Shown piece by piece: positions 1 through 16,667 of a stretch of DNA of 64,000 nucleotides. The DNA comes from Octopus sinensis (Eukaryota). Position numbers and translations under genes: made by a program. A model generated the notes under the pieces. That model was not told the DNA's origin. It saw only the letters and a list, made by a program, of their open reading frames with translations, and ran no database searches. The stretch covers positions 61,442,001 to 61,506,000 of the forward strand of contig NC_043007.1 in the NCBI RefSeq assembly GCF_006345805.1, written 5' to 3'. Within the stretch, counting starts at the first letter, position 1. Each line of letters starts with the position of its first letter.

Positions 1-40
1 ACAACACAACAACACAACAACAACAACAACAACGACGACG

Positions 41-262
41 ATAATAATGGTTTCAGATTTTGCCACAAGAGCAGCCAGTTCAGGGGAGGGGATGAGTCAA
101 TTACATAGACCGCAGTATTTCACTGGTACTTAATTTATCGATCCCAAAAGGATGAAAGGCAAAGTCGACATCAGCGAAATTTGAACTCAGAACGTGAAGA
201 CGGACGAAATACCTCTAAGCATTTCGTCCGGCGTGCTAACGATTCTGCATGCTCACCGCCTT
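41..262 (-). mobile_element. tRNA-derived SINE with (ATT)n tail
   Basis: Minus strand starts with a tRNA-like head (aaggcggtgagcatgcagaatcgttagcacgcc...gttctgagttcaaatt) and ends tctgaaaccattattat. Body matches copies at ~9960-10155, ~17380-17600 and ~26470-26610. Confidence 0.8.
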
Positions 263-263
263 G

Positions 264-327
<64 letters not shown>

Positions 328-566
328 TAATAATAATGATGATGATGATAATAATAATTTAAATAATAATATTGATAATAATTATGACGATGATGATGTT
401 GATAAAGCAGATTAATAGCCATTATTTTTCTCAAGGAGTTAAACCTTAATCCTCGTCAGATTTATATTATTGAAAATTTTGAAAAAGATAAGTAAACTTA
501 GATGTAAACAATATGCTGTTCATAATAAATGCTGATCAGGTTCAGTATATCTTATTTTAGTCTTAC

Positions 567-722
567 CTGGAGTTGTGGAAGAAGGACATTTCTTTTCGGA
601 ACACACTACTTTACCATATGTCTTGCAGCTGCACTGATTACAGCTATCTATAGCTATAAATGCCTGCCCAATTACGTATATTTTTCCATGGTAGTAACAT
701 TTTGGGGAACTTTTTGGTTTTC
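567..722 (-). CDS. Six-Cys pacifastin/VWC-like module exon, 3'-most in window (156 bp, phase 1-1)
   Basis: Acceptor ttttcag, donor CAG|GTAAGA. Translation (G)KPKSSPKCYYHGKIYVIGQAFIAIDSCNQCSCKTYGKVVCSEKKCPSSTTP. Not shown in the ORF track in this frame. Confidence 0.85.
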
Positions 723-1346
723 CTGAAAAGAAAAGCTTTTCACGATTTTAAAGTATGTTTGAATACACCCCGCCCACTCATCCAGATTTATAAACTATGA
801 AAAGATTTTACTTTCCATATGATTAACTGCTTTCTGTTGCAGAACAAGAACAGAAATTATAGTCCATTAACACACTATAATGTTTTAATAATGCAGTATT
901 TCTGCTTAACAGTTAAATATGCATATTTTGCATTATACGCAATAATGAAATCCATTCTAGTCCTGACTTCATAACATTGCTTATACAACGCTATGTGCCA
1001 CTACACTCTGGTCTGTTTAAGTCAATGCCACTGGCATTGATAATATCCGATCTATTACTCCCAAACAATAATCCCTACAGTTGTCCTTTTATCGTCGCTA
1101 AACACCGAACAGGAATACATCTCTGTCTTTGAAAACACGATATAATGTTCAATCCTCGTCCCATTGCACTCCCAGCATCTCAAAACAGAAGTGAACTATT
1201 AACAACAACCTCCAGCACTTTGAATCGTCCGCTCTTTCGTCTTTCGTAAATAATCATTTCGGACGTTATATTTTAAAAATTAAATGGTGATCAATTTAAA
1301 ACTCTAATTCATTGCATCCTGATTGAAAAACACCATTTAGTATTAC

Positions 1347-1517
1347 CTTCATCAGTAGCGTTAGAGCACGCCTTTCTCGTACAAACTACATTCCCATCAG
1401 TCTTGCAAGTGCAATGATTGCATTTATCTTCAGCTAAAAACGTCTCCTCAATTCTGAACGATTTTCCACGGTAGTTACACACTCTGAGTGTGCTGCTAAT
1501 CGATGTTGTTGTAGTTA
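1347..1517 (-). CDS. Six-Cys module exon (171 bp) with pacifastin-like CTRKAC loop
   Basis: Acceptor atctttcag, donor AAG|GTAATA. Translation (V)TTTTSISSTLRVCNYRGKSFRIEETFLAEDKCNHCTCKTDGNVVCTRKACSNATDE; N-A-T sequon. Confidence 0.85.
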
Positions 1518-1584
1518 CTGAAAGATAAGGTTTGCACGAACACGAGATGAATTTGAAGATACCATGTCACACACACACACACAT

Positions 1585-1650
<66 letters not shown>

Positions 1651-2366
1651 ACTTACACACACAATCACACAAACACACACACATGCACACGCACACATAC
1701 ACACAGAGAAGATTTGGTCAACTCGTCACACTTTCATATGCTTGTCAACAAGAGTATATAAGACTAGAAATCTAAAATCGAAGAAAATTTCGACGGGAAA
1801 AATAAATTTACTTTAGCTTTGTATTGTAAAGTTTATAACGAGAGTCACACAACATATAAATGGATATGATGCGATGCACAGATTATACTGTTCACTGTGT
1901 TTATTTTCTTTTGGGGTTGGATAATGATTTGGCTGTTATTTCTAGTAGGTCGGGTGACCAAATAGAAGATCTCTCATTGGTTCATAATGCTTAATATTTA
2001 ACTTCAAACAGGAATTGATATTTAGATGCTTGTGGTTTATCATGAAGGTTAGCACATTGTGGATCAGTTTCAATTTCCAGTATCTCGTGTTTGAGAGTTT
2101 TAACAAGGTTGAAGTCTAACACCATAGAAGATGAAACCAGAGCCCAACAAAATTTGTTCATTTCACCCTATTCTTATAAGTGACCTAAGAATGTTCACTA
2201 TAAACTCTTATCTTGGATTGTGATATCTACTCGCCCTGCTTTGCTTGGGTCCTCAACTCCTTGATGAATTCGTAAGGACTTCGTCATGACATTCGGCATC
2301 TCATGAGCATTTTTAGACTTGATGGAGACCATAACCCTACAAGTCTTACCAAAGCCGATTTCATTC

Positions 2367-2438
<72 letters not shown>

Positions 2439-2444
2439 CAGTGG

Positions 2445-2488
<44 letters not shown>

Positions 2489-3019
2489 CAGTGGGGGAAA
2501 GAGAGAGAGAGAGAGAGAAGATGAAAGTCAGCAAGATAGAAAGAGAGAAAGAGAAGAATCGATCCCAGTGCTGGTACTTTATTTATTGATCTCGAAAGGA
2601 TGAAAGGCAAAGTTAACCTTGTTATGATTTGAATTCAAAGTACATAGACCCATTTATCATTTATCGAGAGAGTTTATCTCAGAAGTCCTGATTCTATATT
2701 CATTAGATCAAATTTCATTTGCTAAAGTTTCAACTCGAATTTGTTTTTCGAGATTGTTTTCCTCATTCATATCCTAATAATCAAATCTTAACTTGTAAAG
2801 AATTTGACAAAGAATGTAACGCAGGAGTATATTACAATCAGCGCACTTTTAATAACACGACGCCATTTGCCTCTATTTTATATAGTTCACGCTTTAAAAA
2901 TATAGTATATTGTTATTTAGACGTATGCAATTTTTCTTTTCTTTTTTCATAAAACGTGGAGTATAATATTTAAAATATAGTTCAGAGTATCTTATTTCAA
3001 AAACATCTTTTAATATTAC

Positions 3020-3187
3020 CTTTATTTTTTGAGGCAGAGCAAAGCTTTTTGGTACACGTGACGGTTCCTTTGTTCTTGCAACTACACGTATTACATCTAT
3101 CTGCAGATGAGAAGCTTTGTCCAAATACGAATGTTTTCCCATTGTAGTGGCAGTTGAATAAAATTTCAATTTTCGGTGTTGTATTTT
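3020..3187 (-). CDS. Six-Cys module exon (168 bp)
   Basis: Acceptor cctttcag, donor AAG|GTAATA. Translation (E)NTTPKIEILFNCHYNGKTFVFGQSFSSADRCNTCSCKNKGTVTCTKKLCSASKNK; N-T-T sequon. Confidence 0.85.
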
Positions 3188-3948
3188 CTGAAAGGAAGAC
3201 TTTACCAACAAGAATTAAATATAAATTTGAAGAAAGCCCTTTGCACAAATAGCTGGTCATTATGTCACGCTATCATATGAATATGACGATGGTAGAATAA
3301 AGTATATAAAATTGACCATAAGATCGAGACAAAACAGGAAAAGTTCATTGATAACTTTTGTCTCCTTTCCCCAATGTCACAGTTTGAGAGTGTTATTACG
3401 AATGCAATGTTTTTACAAATGATTTGTGCCATCGGTTCTTAAATAGGTTCGCATGATTTTTTCCCACTTATTTAAGAAAAAATTAATAAAACAGAAGGTG
3501 GAAATATAGTCGACTCATGTCGGACGCGTACGAGGTATTGACTTATCCGTGTCACTATGATGTAGATAAATTTCGCTAAAAACATGACTAATATGTAACA
3601 TGAACCGGAAAAACAGTAGTGGTAATTGCAGTAGAAGGAGAATTAATAGCCGGTGCGTTTTCCGTCTTTCGTATTGAGCTCAACTGTTTTAATTTCCTGG
3701 CCTGAGATATAAGCGTCTGGATTTTAGTGATAATTAAGTCGATCACGGTAGAAACCTTACCTGCGAATCTCTAAAATACTAAAGAGTGATTCTTTGTTGT
3801 CAGTAATGATAAAAACAGGCTAAAAATGTGCTGCTGTAAAAATTGATGATTTTGAGCTACCTGTGCTGACTGGGGACAGTCTTAATTGAAGAAAAACAAA
3901 GAAAGTGAGACAGGCAGAAGTGAGAAAGACACAATGAGAGAAGGGGGG

Positions 3949-4002
<54 letters not shown>

Positions 4003-4475
4003 GGGAGAGAGAAAGAAGGAGAAAAACGTGAAGAAAATTCTTTTTCCCTTCGAATTATCCGAAAAGAGTGGTTAGTCGACATCTGAATTGCAAGTCATTC
4101 AATTGCCCACACCGATACATACACACCGACGCACACACACACACACACCCCGACACATCCACACACGCACACTCACACGTACACACACACAGGCACGCAC
4201 GTACACATGTCCCACCGCATATCAACATTCAATGGCCGACCTGTACGAAGAGAACCAAAAAGGCAGTTGCCACATAAACAATAATAATTGCGACTGCTTT
4301 TCCATGTTTCACCGTCCGTTCCACTTTCCGGTCTGTAATAGCGAGCACACTGAATAAAATACAGAAAGTGATTGACATATTGACATTTAACCCTAGTAAA
4401 GAAGCGGGAGATGTTGGGCATTAGAACCTATCCAGTGATTAGTAAAATCTGTTGAAAAGCATCTTTTAGTATTAC

Positions 4476-4622
4476 CTTCATTTTTTAAAGCAGCGCATGA
4501 CTTTTCGGTGCATACAATAGCTCCAGTGGGCTTGCACGTGCACTGATTGCATTTATCTATGGCTATGAACGTTTGCCCAATTATGTATACTTTTCCGTAG
4601 TAGTGGCATTGTAATTTGACTC
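4476..4622 (-). CDS. Six-Cys module exon (147 bp)
   Basis: Acceptor cttttcag, donor AAG|GTAATA. Translation (G)[48 protein letters not shown]. Confidence 0.87.
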
Positions 4623-5161
4623 CTGAAAAGGAAAAAAAGTTGTGTACAAATTCAAGATGAAACTGAAGCTTCCTCAGTCATAGAATATAACAATAATAGT
4701 ATTGATCATCCCAGCCTAACACAAACAATTCACAAATAGACATATGCATATATGACGACGAGAACCTACCATATGTACACACACACACACGCGCGCACAC
4801 CTCCACCCATACACACACACATAATATAGAGTAGAGAAAATTGAAAACGCAAAGTTTAGGCAGTCAAACAAATTCCCGAACGCAAAAATGAAATCATTCA
4901 ACCACAGTAGTTGAAGCATACACATCAGCATAAATCATGCATGTACAGGATCTTTATGCCTATACATGCATGATTTATGCTGATGTGTATAAATGTATAT
5001 GCTTCAACTACAGTGGTTGAATGATTTCATTTATGCGATCGGGAATTTGCTTGACTGCCTAAACTCTGCGTTTTTAATTTTCTCTCCTTTTTCGCCTTGG
5101 CTCTCCATATATTTTAACAGCCCATATATTTTAAAATACATTTATAAAATATTTAATATTA

Positions 5162-5195
<34 letters not shown>

Positions 5196-5282
5196 TATAT
5201 AACCGTAATCGAGATTTATATGAACACTAAACATATTTTGATCTTAGTTGGGATGCCTTCGAGCATCCAATAAAAGAGACTC

Positions 5283-5362
<80 letters not shown>

Positions 5363-7298
5363 TGTGTGTGTATGTATCGGCACTGTGGATAAGTGTTTTT
5401 TTAGTAGAAACCGAAGCCAACCAATTCCTTTAAGTAAATATCCGTTCTGTCTATAGAAATAAAGATGTAAGTGACCGGACATTCCAACAATGTTTTAAGA
5501 AGTTTTACTCAGGAAATTTTTCTCTCGCAGATTCCTCTCTATCTGGACGACCAAGATCGAAAAGCATATATCATAATGCCTTTGTGTCAGGTGGCAAAAG
5601 ACTGCTAGTAGCCACTCTTCACGAGAAAAATGTTTAAATCCAAACGTGACATGTCGTTGGCATGATGTTTCCTGCTCTCTGGAGTAACATTTTCTTTGGG
5701 GGACTTCTCTATCGGATTGAGACACCACCTTCGGCGTTTTTGCTCTGGTGTCTAGTGTTTCGAGAAGAGAGCTTGTCTATTGGCTTGAGACACCAATCTC
5801 CGTCGTTTCTACTCTGGTGTCTCTTGTTTTCTCAAGCAGGCTTTCCTGGTTGTTACAAACCTAATCGTTACATTTCGTTGCTGTTGTGGCTCCACGGCAT
5901 CTCGTTGTCTCTGAGAATAGAACCTGTCTTGTCTTTCCTCCGGTGTTTCCCTAGCCCTTTGACTTCTGGAGCGTCGGGATTCAGATGACTGAAAAACATT
6001 GTCATCTACGCACCATATTGAATGTGCTACGTAAAATATTTCAAAAATCAAAAATAAATCCCGTAACATTTACTTCATTTTTTTGGTGTTTCTAAATTCA
6101 TTCATGTGGCTTTATTTCATTCGACTACTAAGCTTCATGAAAATCGGTCTAATATAACAATTATATCTTATATATATATATATATAAATATATTATATAT
6201 ATATATATATATAGTTTTTGAAGTGACTAAACCTATTGGCGCATCCCGTTATTGTAAAATTTGTTTAATTTTGACTTTTTTTTAACACTTATCCACCCTT
6301 TTACCCCCATAGAAAAATTAACCCACCAATTACTGTTTGAAGTTTAGTCATTTACTCAACTTCCCAAAGCGACACATAAGTAAAATGGTATGATTTAAAC
6401 ATATTAAGCCTTTCTTTTTCCTCTCGAGACTCTTCCCTTTTTTCTTTTCTTTTATGCATGTATTTTTCTTCACTCTGATGAAGCTCCATGTTCCAGATCG
6501 GATTTATTACGAAATATGATGAATATTATTTTTAGAATATCATTGGCAATACCATATAACATTGGAAGCAGAAACAACTGTTAGATGGAATACAGTCGCA
6601 TTGAATTAAAAAAAATAATAATTGATGTAAGTCAATTGTTGTTGCTTAAATTCCTCTTTCTTCTCACTACCTTATGTTTTTTTTCTTTCATTTAATCCTA
6701 ATTTCTCTCTACATTTATATTCTCAACTCCTACTGTGATCTCTATACATACTGATTAACGCTTCCATGTGTTAACATGTACCTCCTTGCGACAATGTAAA
6801 CTTCCATTTATCAAGATATCCTTGAGCTGAAGGGTAGCTCTTGGTATACACCTCACTCGGATATTTACCACTCCCGAAGCGCCGCTCGCTCGCTCTGTTG
6901 CTTTATCTTTCTTTTCCCCAAAACACAACGTGTCCATAAAGTATCCACTTCCATACTTCCGAACTTCAAATTCTAAAGCTAATTTATTCCCCACCGCACC
7001 CCAGAATCCGTTTTCGGAAAAATAAATTCATAATACGCATGATAGAGATCACACTAGTTGAAAACATACAAGAAACTTAACTTATTGTCAGTTATGTTTA
7101 GTGAAAATAGCGGTCTACGTACAGACTTTGCTATATATATATATAATATAAATAAAATTTTCAAAAAATTTTTATCAATGGCCAGCATATTAAAAAAATA
7201 CCTTTAAAGGTTAAATTTATAAACAAGGGCAAAAGAAAAAAATTTCAATGCCAAATATGCCGAGACTTAATCGTCAATAACCATATAATTTATAAGTT

Positions 7299-7353
<55 letters not shown>

Positions 7354-7396
7354 TGTACATAATACATATATATGTATGCATGTAGGTATATATGCG

Positions 7397-7504
<108 letters not shown>

Positions 7505-7546
7505 TAAATACATATATATATGTATGCATGTAGGTATATATGCGTG

Positions 7547-7643
<97 letters not shown>

Positions 7644-7650
7644 TTATATA

Positions 7651-9869
<2,219 letters not shown>

Positions 9870-9957
9870 TATATAATTGAGATTCAGTTGAATTAGATGC
9901 TTAAGTTCAAGTATCAAGTCAGTCAGGTATTATCTGCACAGCGTCTTTTAATATTAC

Positions 9958-10155
9958 TTTCAAAGTCTGGCATAAGGCCAACAATTTCGAGAGTTAGGGA
10001 AAATCGATTACATCGACTCCAGTGTTCAACTGGTACTTATTTTATCGACCTCGAAAGGATGAAAGGTAATTTGAACTCAGAACGCAAAGACGGAGGAAAT
10101 GCCGCTAAGCATTTTTTCCCGGCGTGCTAACGATTCTACTAGATCGCTGCCTTAC
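9958..10155 (-). mobile_element. tRNA-derived SINE flanked by a 17-bp direct repeat
   Basis: Homologous to the SINE at 41-262; gcgtcttttaatattac at 9941-9957 and 10161-10177. Confidence 0.8.
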
Positions 10156-10177
10156 AAAAAGCGTCTTTTAATATTAC

Positions 10178-10321
10178 CTGTAGTTTTCAAGAGAGAACAT
10201 TTCTTTTCGGTGCACACAACAGCTCCAGTGTACTTGCAAGTGCACTGGTTGCATTTATCTATGGCTATGAACGTCTGCCCAATAAAGTATACTTTTCCGA
10301 AGTAGCGACATTCTTTCGTTT
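10178..10321 (-). CDS. Six-Cys module exon (144 bp)
   Basis: Acceptor aatttcag, donor CAG|GTAATA. Translation (E)[47 protein letters not shown]. Confidence 0.87.
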
Positions 10322-10443
10322 CTGAAATTAAAAAAGGTGGGTAGGAATTCAAAGAATAGAACAGCAAACATATTGATTAGCTTGGCCTTACACATACTCA
10401 AAGACACAAATACACATAGACATACACATCTGATGAAGAGGCT

Positions 10444-10511
<68 letters not shown>

Positions 10512-10663
10512 TATATTCTCCGAAGTGTTATATACCCATATATCATTATTATAAGTGACAGATATACAAGTGCATTTTTTCCTGACTTATGGACTCTTAG
10601 AAGACTTAAACACACACACACTCACACATGTAAAAATACATACATACATACATATACATATAC

Positions 10664-10714
<51 letters not shown>

Positions 10715-11275
10715 TGTTATACTTGGAGAGCGTGTTTAGTAAGAAAAGGAATGGACTACAATCTTTCCAATTAGGCGCGGCTGTTTGATTAAGGAATTTC
10801 CTTTGCAAACACGTAGCTTGTGGTCCCGTCCTACGAAAGCGGTAATGCAGAAAAGTATTGTCAACTGGAGGCTTTACACAAAAATATGCTTAGAAGGCAT
10901 CCATGATTGGTCAATCATAAAGGATTGTTGCTCTTTCAGGAAAAGATTATGGTCCCAAAAATGGAAGTTTTGTCTCTTCCTCCTGTCTCTACTAATCTTG
11001 CCCCATTTGACTGTCATCTTTTCACACCACAGCAACCTCATTTAGTGGGAAATCAATTTCTAAATTAAGAAGAGGTTGAAAATGATATTCAGTTTTTCTT
11101 TGCTTCGAAACCTGAAGAATGTTATGCCCGAGGTCTTACCAATTTGTCAAATGGATGGGATTACGTTTTCAATAATGAGGAGAAATATTATCGTGGTTAA
11201 ATATATTGATTTTCACTAAAATGCATTTGCTTCTTACCCATCTTGAAATGGGACAGGTCTTTATTTCTAATGTAA

Positions 11276-12838
11276 TCTCTTATTATAAAAGGCAGATTTT
11301 ATCTGCCTCCCTTTGGGAGTTATACAAATCTACAATATAGGATTTCTTCAATTACAATTTACCTAGCATTTTTAACAGTACAATGCATCGCGTCATGCCA
11401 GGTCCAGTTTTTAAAATTTAAACTCCAATTAAGCAAAATTTACAGAAAACTCACATTCTGGTGTGTGTGTCAAATGCTTTTCTTAGTCTGGTTTACACCA
11501 CACGCAAACGCACACACACAGTGTGCAACGAATAAAATGAAAGTAAATAGCGACAGAGTGATTTGAGGAAGACTAAACTGAAAGTGTTTAAACCACTACT
11601 CAAAAAATAAAAAAACACAGCAAACAGAAACAAATAAATACATAACAATTTATCCTCACACAATTTCTTCAATTAGAATTTACCTAAGATTTTTCAGAGT
11701 ACTTCAGTGGGTGATGCCATAAAAAATTTCTTTCAATTTTACCACCAATTAAGACAAAATTCGAGAAAACTCAATATTTTAACATATCACTCCGAAAGCA
11801 TTGATGTACATGTGTGCGTGCGTGAGTGTGTGTGTGTCATTCCTCACACACACGCATACACATACATATACAACTACATACAACTACATACACATACAAC
11901 TACATACAAACACGTGTGTGTTTGTTATTAGTAAAAAAGGCGCCAAAACCAAAACTTCAACATCATTATCATTCCACATTTGCAAAGACACACAGACGGA
12001 CAGAAAAGGTAAATGGTTTTTATTTTACTCTGTATATATTTTATTATATAATATTATATATAGATATATGTATATATAATTGCAGTATGAAAAGTGTTTA
12101 TGTATAAACAGACGACACTTATATATAGTTACCAAGCCGCCCGAATTTACCTATTCATATTTAAATGAGAATATCAGAGCAAATCTCTTTAGTACATTCG
12201 TGAAAACACGTATTATACTTCGTAAACACTTCAACTACAGTTTTGTACAAAAATCGAAGTGTAATTTTAATTCCGTGAATTATGGGAGATTTTTTTCCGA
12301 AATTTGTTCCTATTGTGTTTTCAAAATTTGTAATTCTGACAAAAAATGGATACGAATTTCATTATATCAAGCAGCGAGTCAGAATTCGAAGGATTTTCTA
12401 CTGAAGACCTTCATAAATCTAACTCTATGACTGAAAAAAAAAGCATCTTTATATAAGAGTGAAGTTGTGTGTCTGTCTCCTACGATTTAGATTCCTAACT
12501 ACTCCCACATTTTGCGGTGCAGTTTAACCAAAAGCGGGTATCTTATAGTCGTGATTCATATCGAGCCCTTCTGGGTATTAGCGTGCGTCTACGATGAGTC
12601 TACGATTTAAAAAAAAATTACCATCATATTTTTCCATTTTAATGCATTTTTTTCGCTTTTATATAAGGGAAGTAACTCTCTAAAAACATCTACGATGTGT
12701 CAACGATTTAAAAAAAAATTTACCTTAATTTTTTTCAATTTTTAATGCATTTTTTGCTATTTTTTGGCTATAACTCTCTAAAAATGCTTATATATTTATT
12801 TCCCTTACAACCCGAGCAACGCCGGGCGATACTGCTAG
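11276..12838 (+). mobile_element. Non-autonomous Helitron (compound)
   Basis: Starts A|TCTCTTATTATAAAAGGCAG and ends with hairpin cccgagcaacgccggg then CTAG|T. Same ends at 12857-14689 and 30719-32881. Confidence 0.75.
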
Positions 12839-12856
12839 TATAATATAATAATATAA

Positions 12857-13281
12857 TCTCTTATTATAAAAGGCAGATTTTATCTGCCTCCCTTTGTCTC
12901 TTATAGAAATCTACAATATAGGATTTCTTCAATTACAATTTACCTAGCATTTTTAAGAGTAGAATGCATCGGGTCGTGCCAGGTCCAGTTTTTAAAATTT
13001 CAACCCCAATTAAGAAAAATTTAGAGAAAACTCACATTGTGGTGTATAAGGCAAATGCTTTTCTTAGTGTGGGCTACAGCACACGCACACGCACACACAC
13101 AGTGTGCAACGATTAAAGTGAAACTAATTCACTTTTTGTAGTGAGTGACTCTTTCACTCTGCATTCCCACTTCCTCTTTACACACATAGACGCGCAAATA
13201 TATAAATAAAATTGTAAGCTAACGTGTGTGTGTGTGTGTGCGTGTGTGTGAGTGTGTGTGTGTGTGCATGTGTGTGTGAGG

Positions 13282-13320
<39 letters not shown>

Positions 13321-14689
13321 AGTGTGTGACAGGAAAGTTTTTTAGGACGAATATAAGACCTAACGTATATCCAAGTAGCAGAAAGATCGCCCAAAAGTGT
13401 ATATAGATATTTAAATGTATTTATATATTCATCTATACACAGATGTATGTATAATGTGTGTGTATATATTTCCATACACGTAACCATTCACTCCGCACAA
13501 AGTTTTTTAGGACGAAAATAAGATCTAAAGTTATCTCTAAGTAGCACAAAGATAGACCAAAAGTGTATATAGATATATAAATGTATTTATATATTCATCT
13601 ATGCACACATGTATGTATAACGTGTGTGTATATATTTCCATAGAGGTAACCATTCACTCCATACAAAGTTTTTTAGGACGAAAATAAGTTCTAAAGTTAT
13701 CTCTAAGAAACAGAAAGATCGCCCAAAAGTGTATATAGATATTTAAATGTATTTATATATTCATCTATACACACATGTATGTATAATGTGCGTGTATATA
13801 TTTCCATAGAGGTAACCATTCAATCCATACAAAGTTTTTTTGGACGAAAATATTTATATATAAAAGAAAGGTTGTGTGTCTGTCTACTCCGATTTAGATT
13901 CCTAACTACTCCACATTTTGCGATGCAGTTTAACAAAACCGGGTATCTTATAGTCGTGATTCATATCGAGCCCTTCTGGGTATTAGCGCGCGTCTACGAT
14001 GAGTCTATGATTTTACAAATAATTTACCATCATTTTTTTCCATTTTAATGCATATTTTTTAAATAAAGGGAAGTAACTCTCAAACTTCACACCAATATGC
14101 GTGCTCATATGCGACGTACTATCACATCAGCAGCATTTCCTCACACCCCCTTGCACTTGGCGAAGGCAAATACCAGGGGATGAAAATGGTAATATTGCCT
14201 TCGATTCCATTTGTACCATTGTTAAGACGCCTCTGATCTCAGAGATGCAGTGTTCCCAGATCTACAAGCTAATTATCAGAATATGGATTGGATTGGCAAA
14301 AAGGCTATACTGGCCCCGAGGAATAAAACTGTTCACCATATTAATGATGAAATGCTAAAACTCATTCCTGGGGAAGTCTATGTATATCAGTCTATCAATA
14401 CAACTCCTGACCCAGAGGACGTCATCAACTATCCAATAGAGGTACTCAATTCCTTGAGCACCCCGGCTACCACCACACTTTCTCAAACTTAAAGTTGGTG
14501 CCCCTATAATGCTCATCAGAAATTTGGTTCCCCCAAAACAATGCAATGGCACACGTTTGATCGTTAAGTCCTTATCTCCCAGCGTAAACTTATATCAATA
14601 TTTGCCTGAATAATCATCATAATTCAGTGCAATCATTAACAGTACTTTCAAGCAATTCAGCCCCGAGCAACGCCGGGCAATTCTGCTAG
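12857..14689 (+). mobile_element. Helitron with a PIF1-helicase fragment and an internal ~166-bp tandem repeat
   Basis: 5' TC and 3' hairpin+CTAG ends. 14250-14580 reads AILAPRNKTVHHINDEML...YPIEVLNSL...[13 protein letters not shown]...CNGTRLIV (RepHel PIF1 C-terminal motifs, frameshifted). Confidence 0.85.
13334..13850. repeat. ~166-bp minisatellite, 3 copies plus partial
   Basis: aaagttttttaggacgaa recurs at 13334, 13499, 13665 and 13831. Confidence 0.9.
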
Positions 14690-14762
14690 TATATAATAAA
14701 ATATAACATAATATAATACAATACAATTTAAGTTAATGTAATACAATATATAATTATGATAT

Positions 14763-14840
<78 letters not shown>

Positions 14841-14847
14841 GTATTAC

Positions 14848-14994
14848 CTGTAGTTTTTGGGGTAGAACATTTCTTTTCTGTGCATTGAACATCTCCACTG
14901 GGCTTGCAAGTGCACTGATTACATTTATCAATAGATATGAAATTTTGCCCAATTACGAATACTTTTCCATTGTAGTGACATTCTACTTTTGTTA
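14848..14994 (-). CDS. Six-Cys module exon (147 bp)
   Basis: Acceptor tctttcag, donor CAG|GTAATA. Translation (V)[48 protein letters not shown]. Confidence 0.88.
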
Positions 14995-15092
14995 CTGAAA
15001 GAAAAGATAATGTATTCAAGATGAAAATGCAATTTCCTCATTCAAAGAATATAACAACAAATATTTTTGTCAGCTCATTTTTACACATACAG

Positions 15093-15139
<47 letters not shown>

Positions 15140-15239
15140 AACACACACACACACACACAAACTCACGCATCCACAAATATGTATACTTTATTTGTGTATT
15201 AAGACTACCATTGATTTCATATTAAGAAATATCTGACGC

Positions 15240-16120
15240 CATTATGGATAGGCTAAGGAAGTATTCTTCAAAATATTTAGCCAATTAAATCTAAGAACCA
15301 CAATTGTACTAACCTTAAAGCAGTTAATTTTCTAGATATTAACATGCGCAGGTAAACTTAAACCCTGTCACAAAGCAAATGTGGAAGCCTCATATATAGA
15401 CATAGGCTCTAAACAACCACCATCAATCAGTAAATAATTAGTTAATAGAATTAGCAATCGCGTCTTCAGTCTATCCGCCGATAAAGCTACTTTTGAATAG
15501 GCTGCCCCATACTATAATGCAGCATTAGAAAGCTCTAACTTTAAGAATATTGCAAACTATATTGAGCCAATTGCAGATAGACCAAAAAGATGCCGGCAGA
15601 AAAGAGTCATATGGTTGAAGACACCTTATAGTATGAATATAGCCACTAACATAGCTAGGAAATTCTTAAAACTAAAAGACAATCACTTCCCACACTCACA
15701 CAAATTCCACAGGTCTTCATAACAGTGTTAAAGTTAGCTATAGTTGCCTCCCCAATATAGGTTCGATAATACACAATAAAAATAATTCCACCAGGAATAT
15801 CCTGAAAGACATTTTAATTATAAATGTCCGAAGCACTATCCTCTAAATAATGACTGTCTGGAAAAAGAACTTGTATACAAGGCTAAGATCATGGACTCCA
15901 ACGTAGTAACAAAAGCATATATCGGAATGACGGGCAACTCGTTCAAGCAATGATACACACAGCATCTGGTGTTATTCAGGGACAAAAATAGAAGACCCAC
16001 AACGTCCCTATCCAATTTTATATGGACATTGAAAGAAGGAATAAGAAACCCCCAGATTCAATGGAACTTTATTGTTAAAACCGAAATATACAAGGGGCGG
16101 TGCACCAAATACCCAACCAC
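15240..16120 (+). mobile_element. Penelope-like element fragment (RT C-terminus + GIY-YIG), degenerate
   Basis: Interrupted translation includes KRVIWLKTPYSMNIATNIARKFL, VKVSYSCLPNIGSII, CLEKELVYKAKI and KAYIGMTGNSFKQ. Related to 56500-57720. Confidence 0.75.
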
Positions 16121-16203
16121 TTAAACGTTATTTCAGAAGCAGGATATTCACATAATCGAACAGGGGAATCCTCATCGTTAAACGATGGAAACCCAACACC
16201 CAA

Positions 16204-16266
<63 letters not shown>

Positions 16267-16667
16267 AAGCACGCACTCACACACTCACAAACATACACCG
16301 ACTGACAAACATACACAAATACACAGAGTAACAAACACATACACCACACACATTCACATACACACGCTCACACACCTACACTCTCACACACCTACATTCT
16401 CACACACGTACTCACGTCCCACGGCATATTCCAAAATCAACGGCCAACCGGTACGGATAGATCTATACAAGTAGTTGCCACACAAAAAAATAATAACTAT
16501 AGATGCGTTTCAGTTCCCACTTTTCGGTATTTAGCAGCGAGCAAACTAAATGAAACAGAACTAGTGATTGACATATTGACATTTAACCAAAATAAAATAG
16601 TGGTAGATGTCGGGATAAGAGCATACCCAATGATCAAAGAAATTTGAAATGCGTCTTTCAATATTAC

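Noticed and set aside
2719-2952. Non-repetitive ORF between module exons
   Set aside because: No recognisable motif and no convincing phase-compatible splice sites on the gene strand.
4312-4349. Possible small linker exon after a tttattcag acceptor in the conserved downstream intron block
   Set aside because: No phase 1-1 open frame with a good donor, and the AG is absent in the paralogue near 16545.
6474-6520. CTGATGA...GAAA hammerhead-like core; also ggcc-aataat-ggcc-gaaac at ~33470
   Set aside because: Stems do not pair at 6474 and the core is deleted at 33470.
14807-15019. Treating track ORFs that contain a module as single-exon genes
   Set aside because: Their starts and C-terminal G-N-x tails are read-through into intron; homology stops exactly at the AG and GT boundaries.
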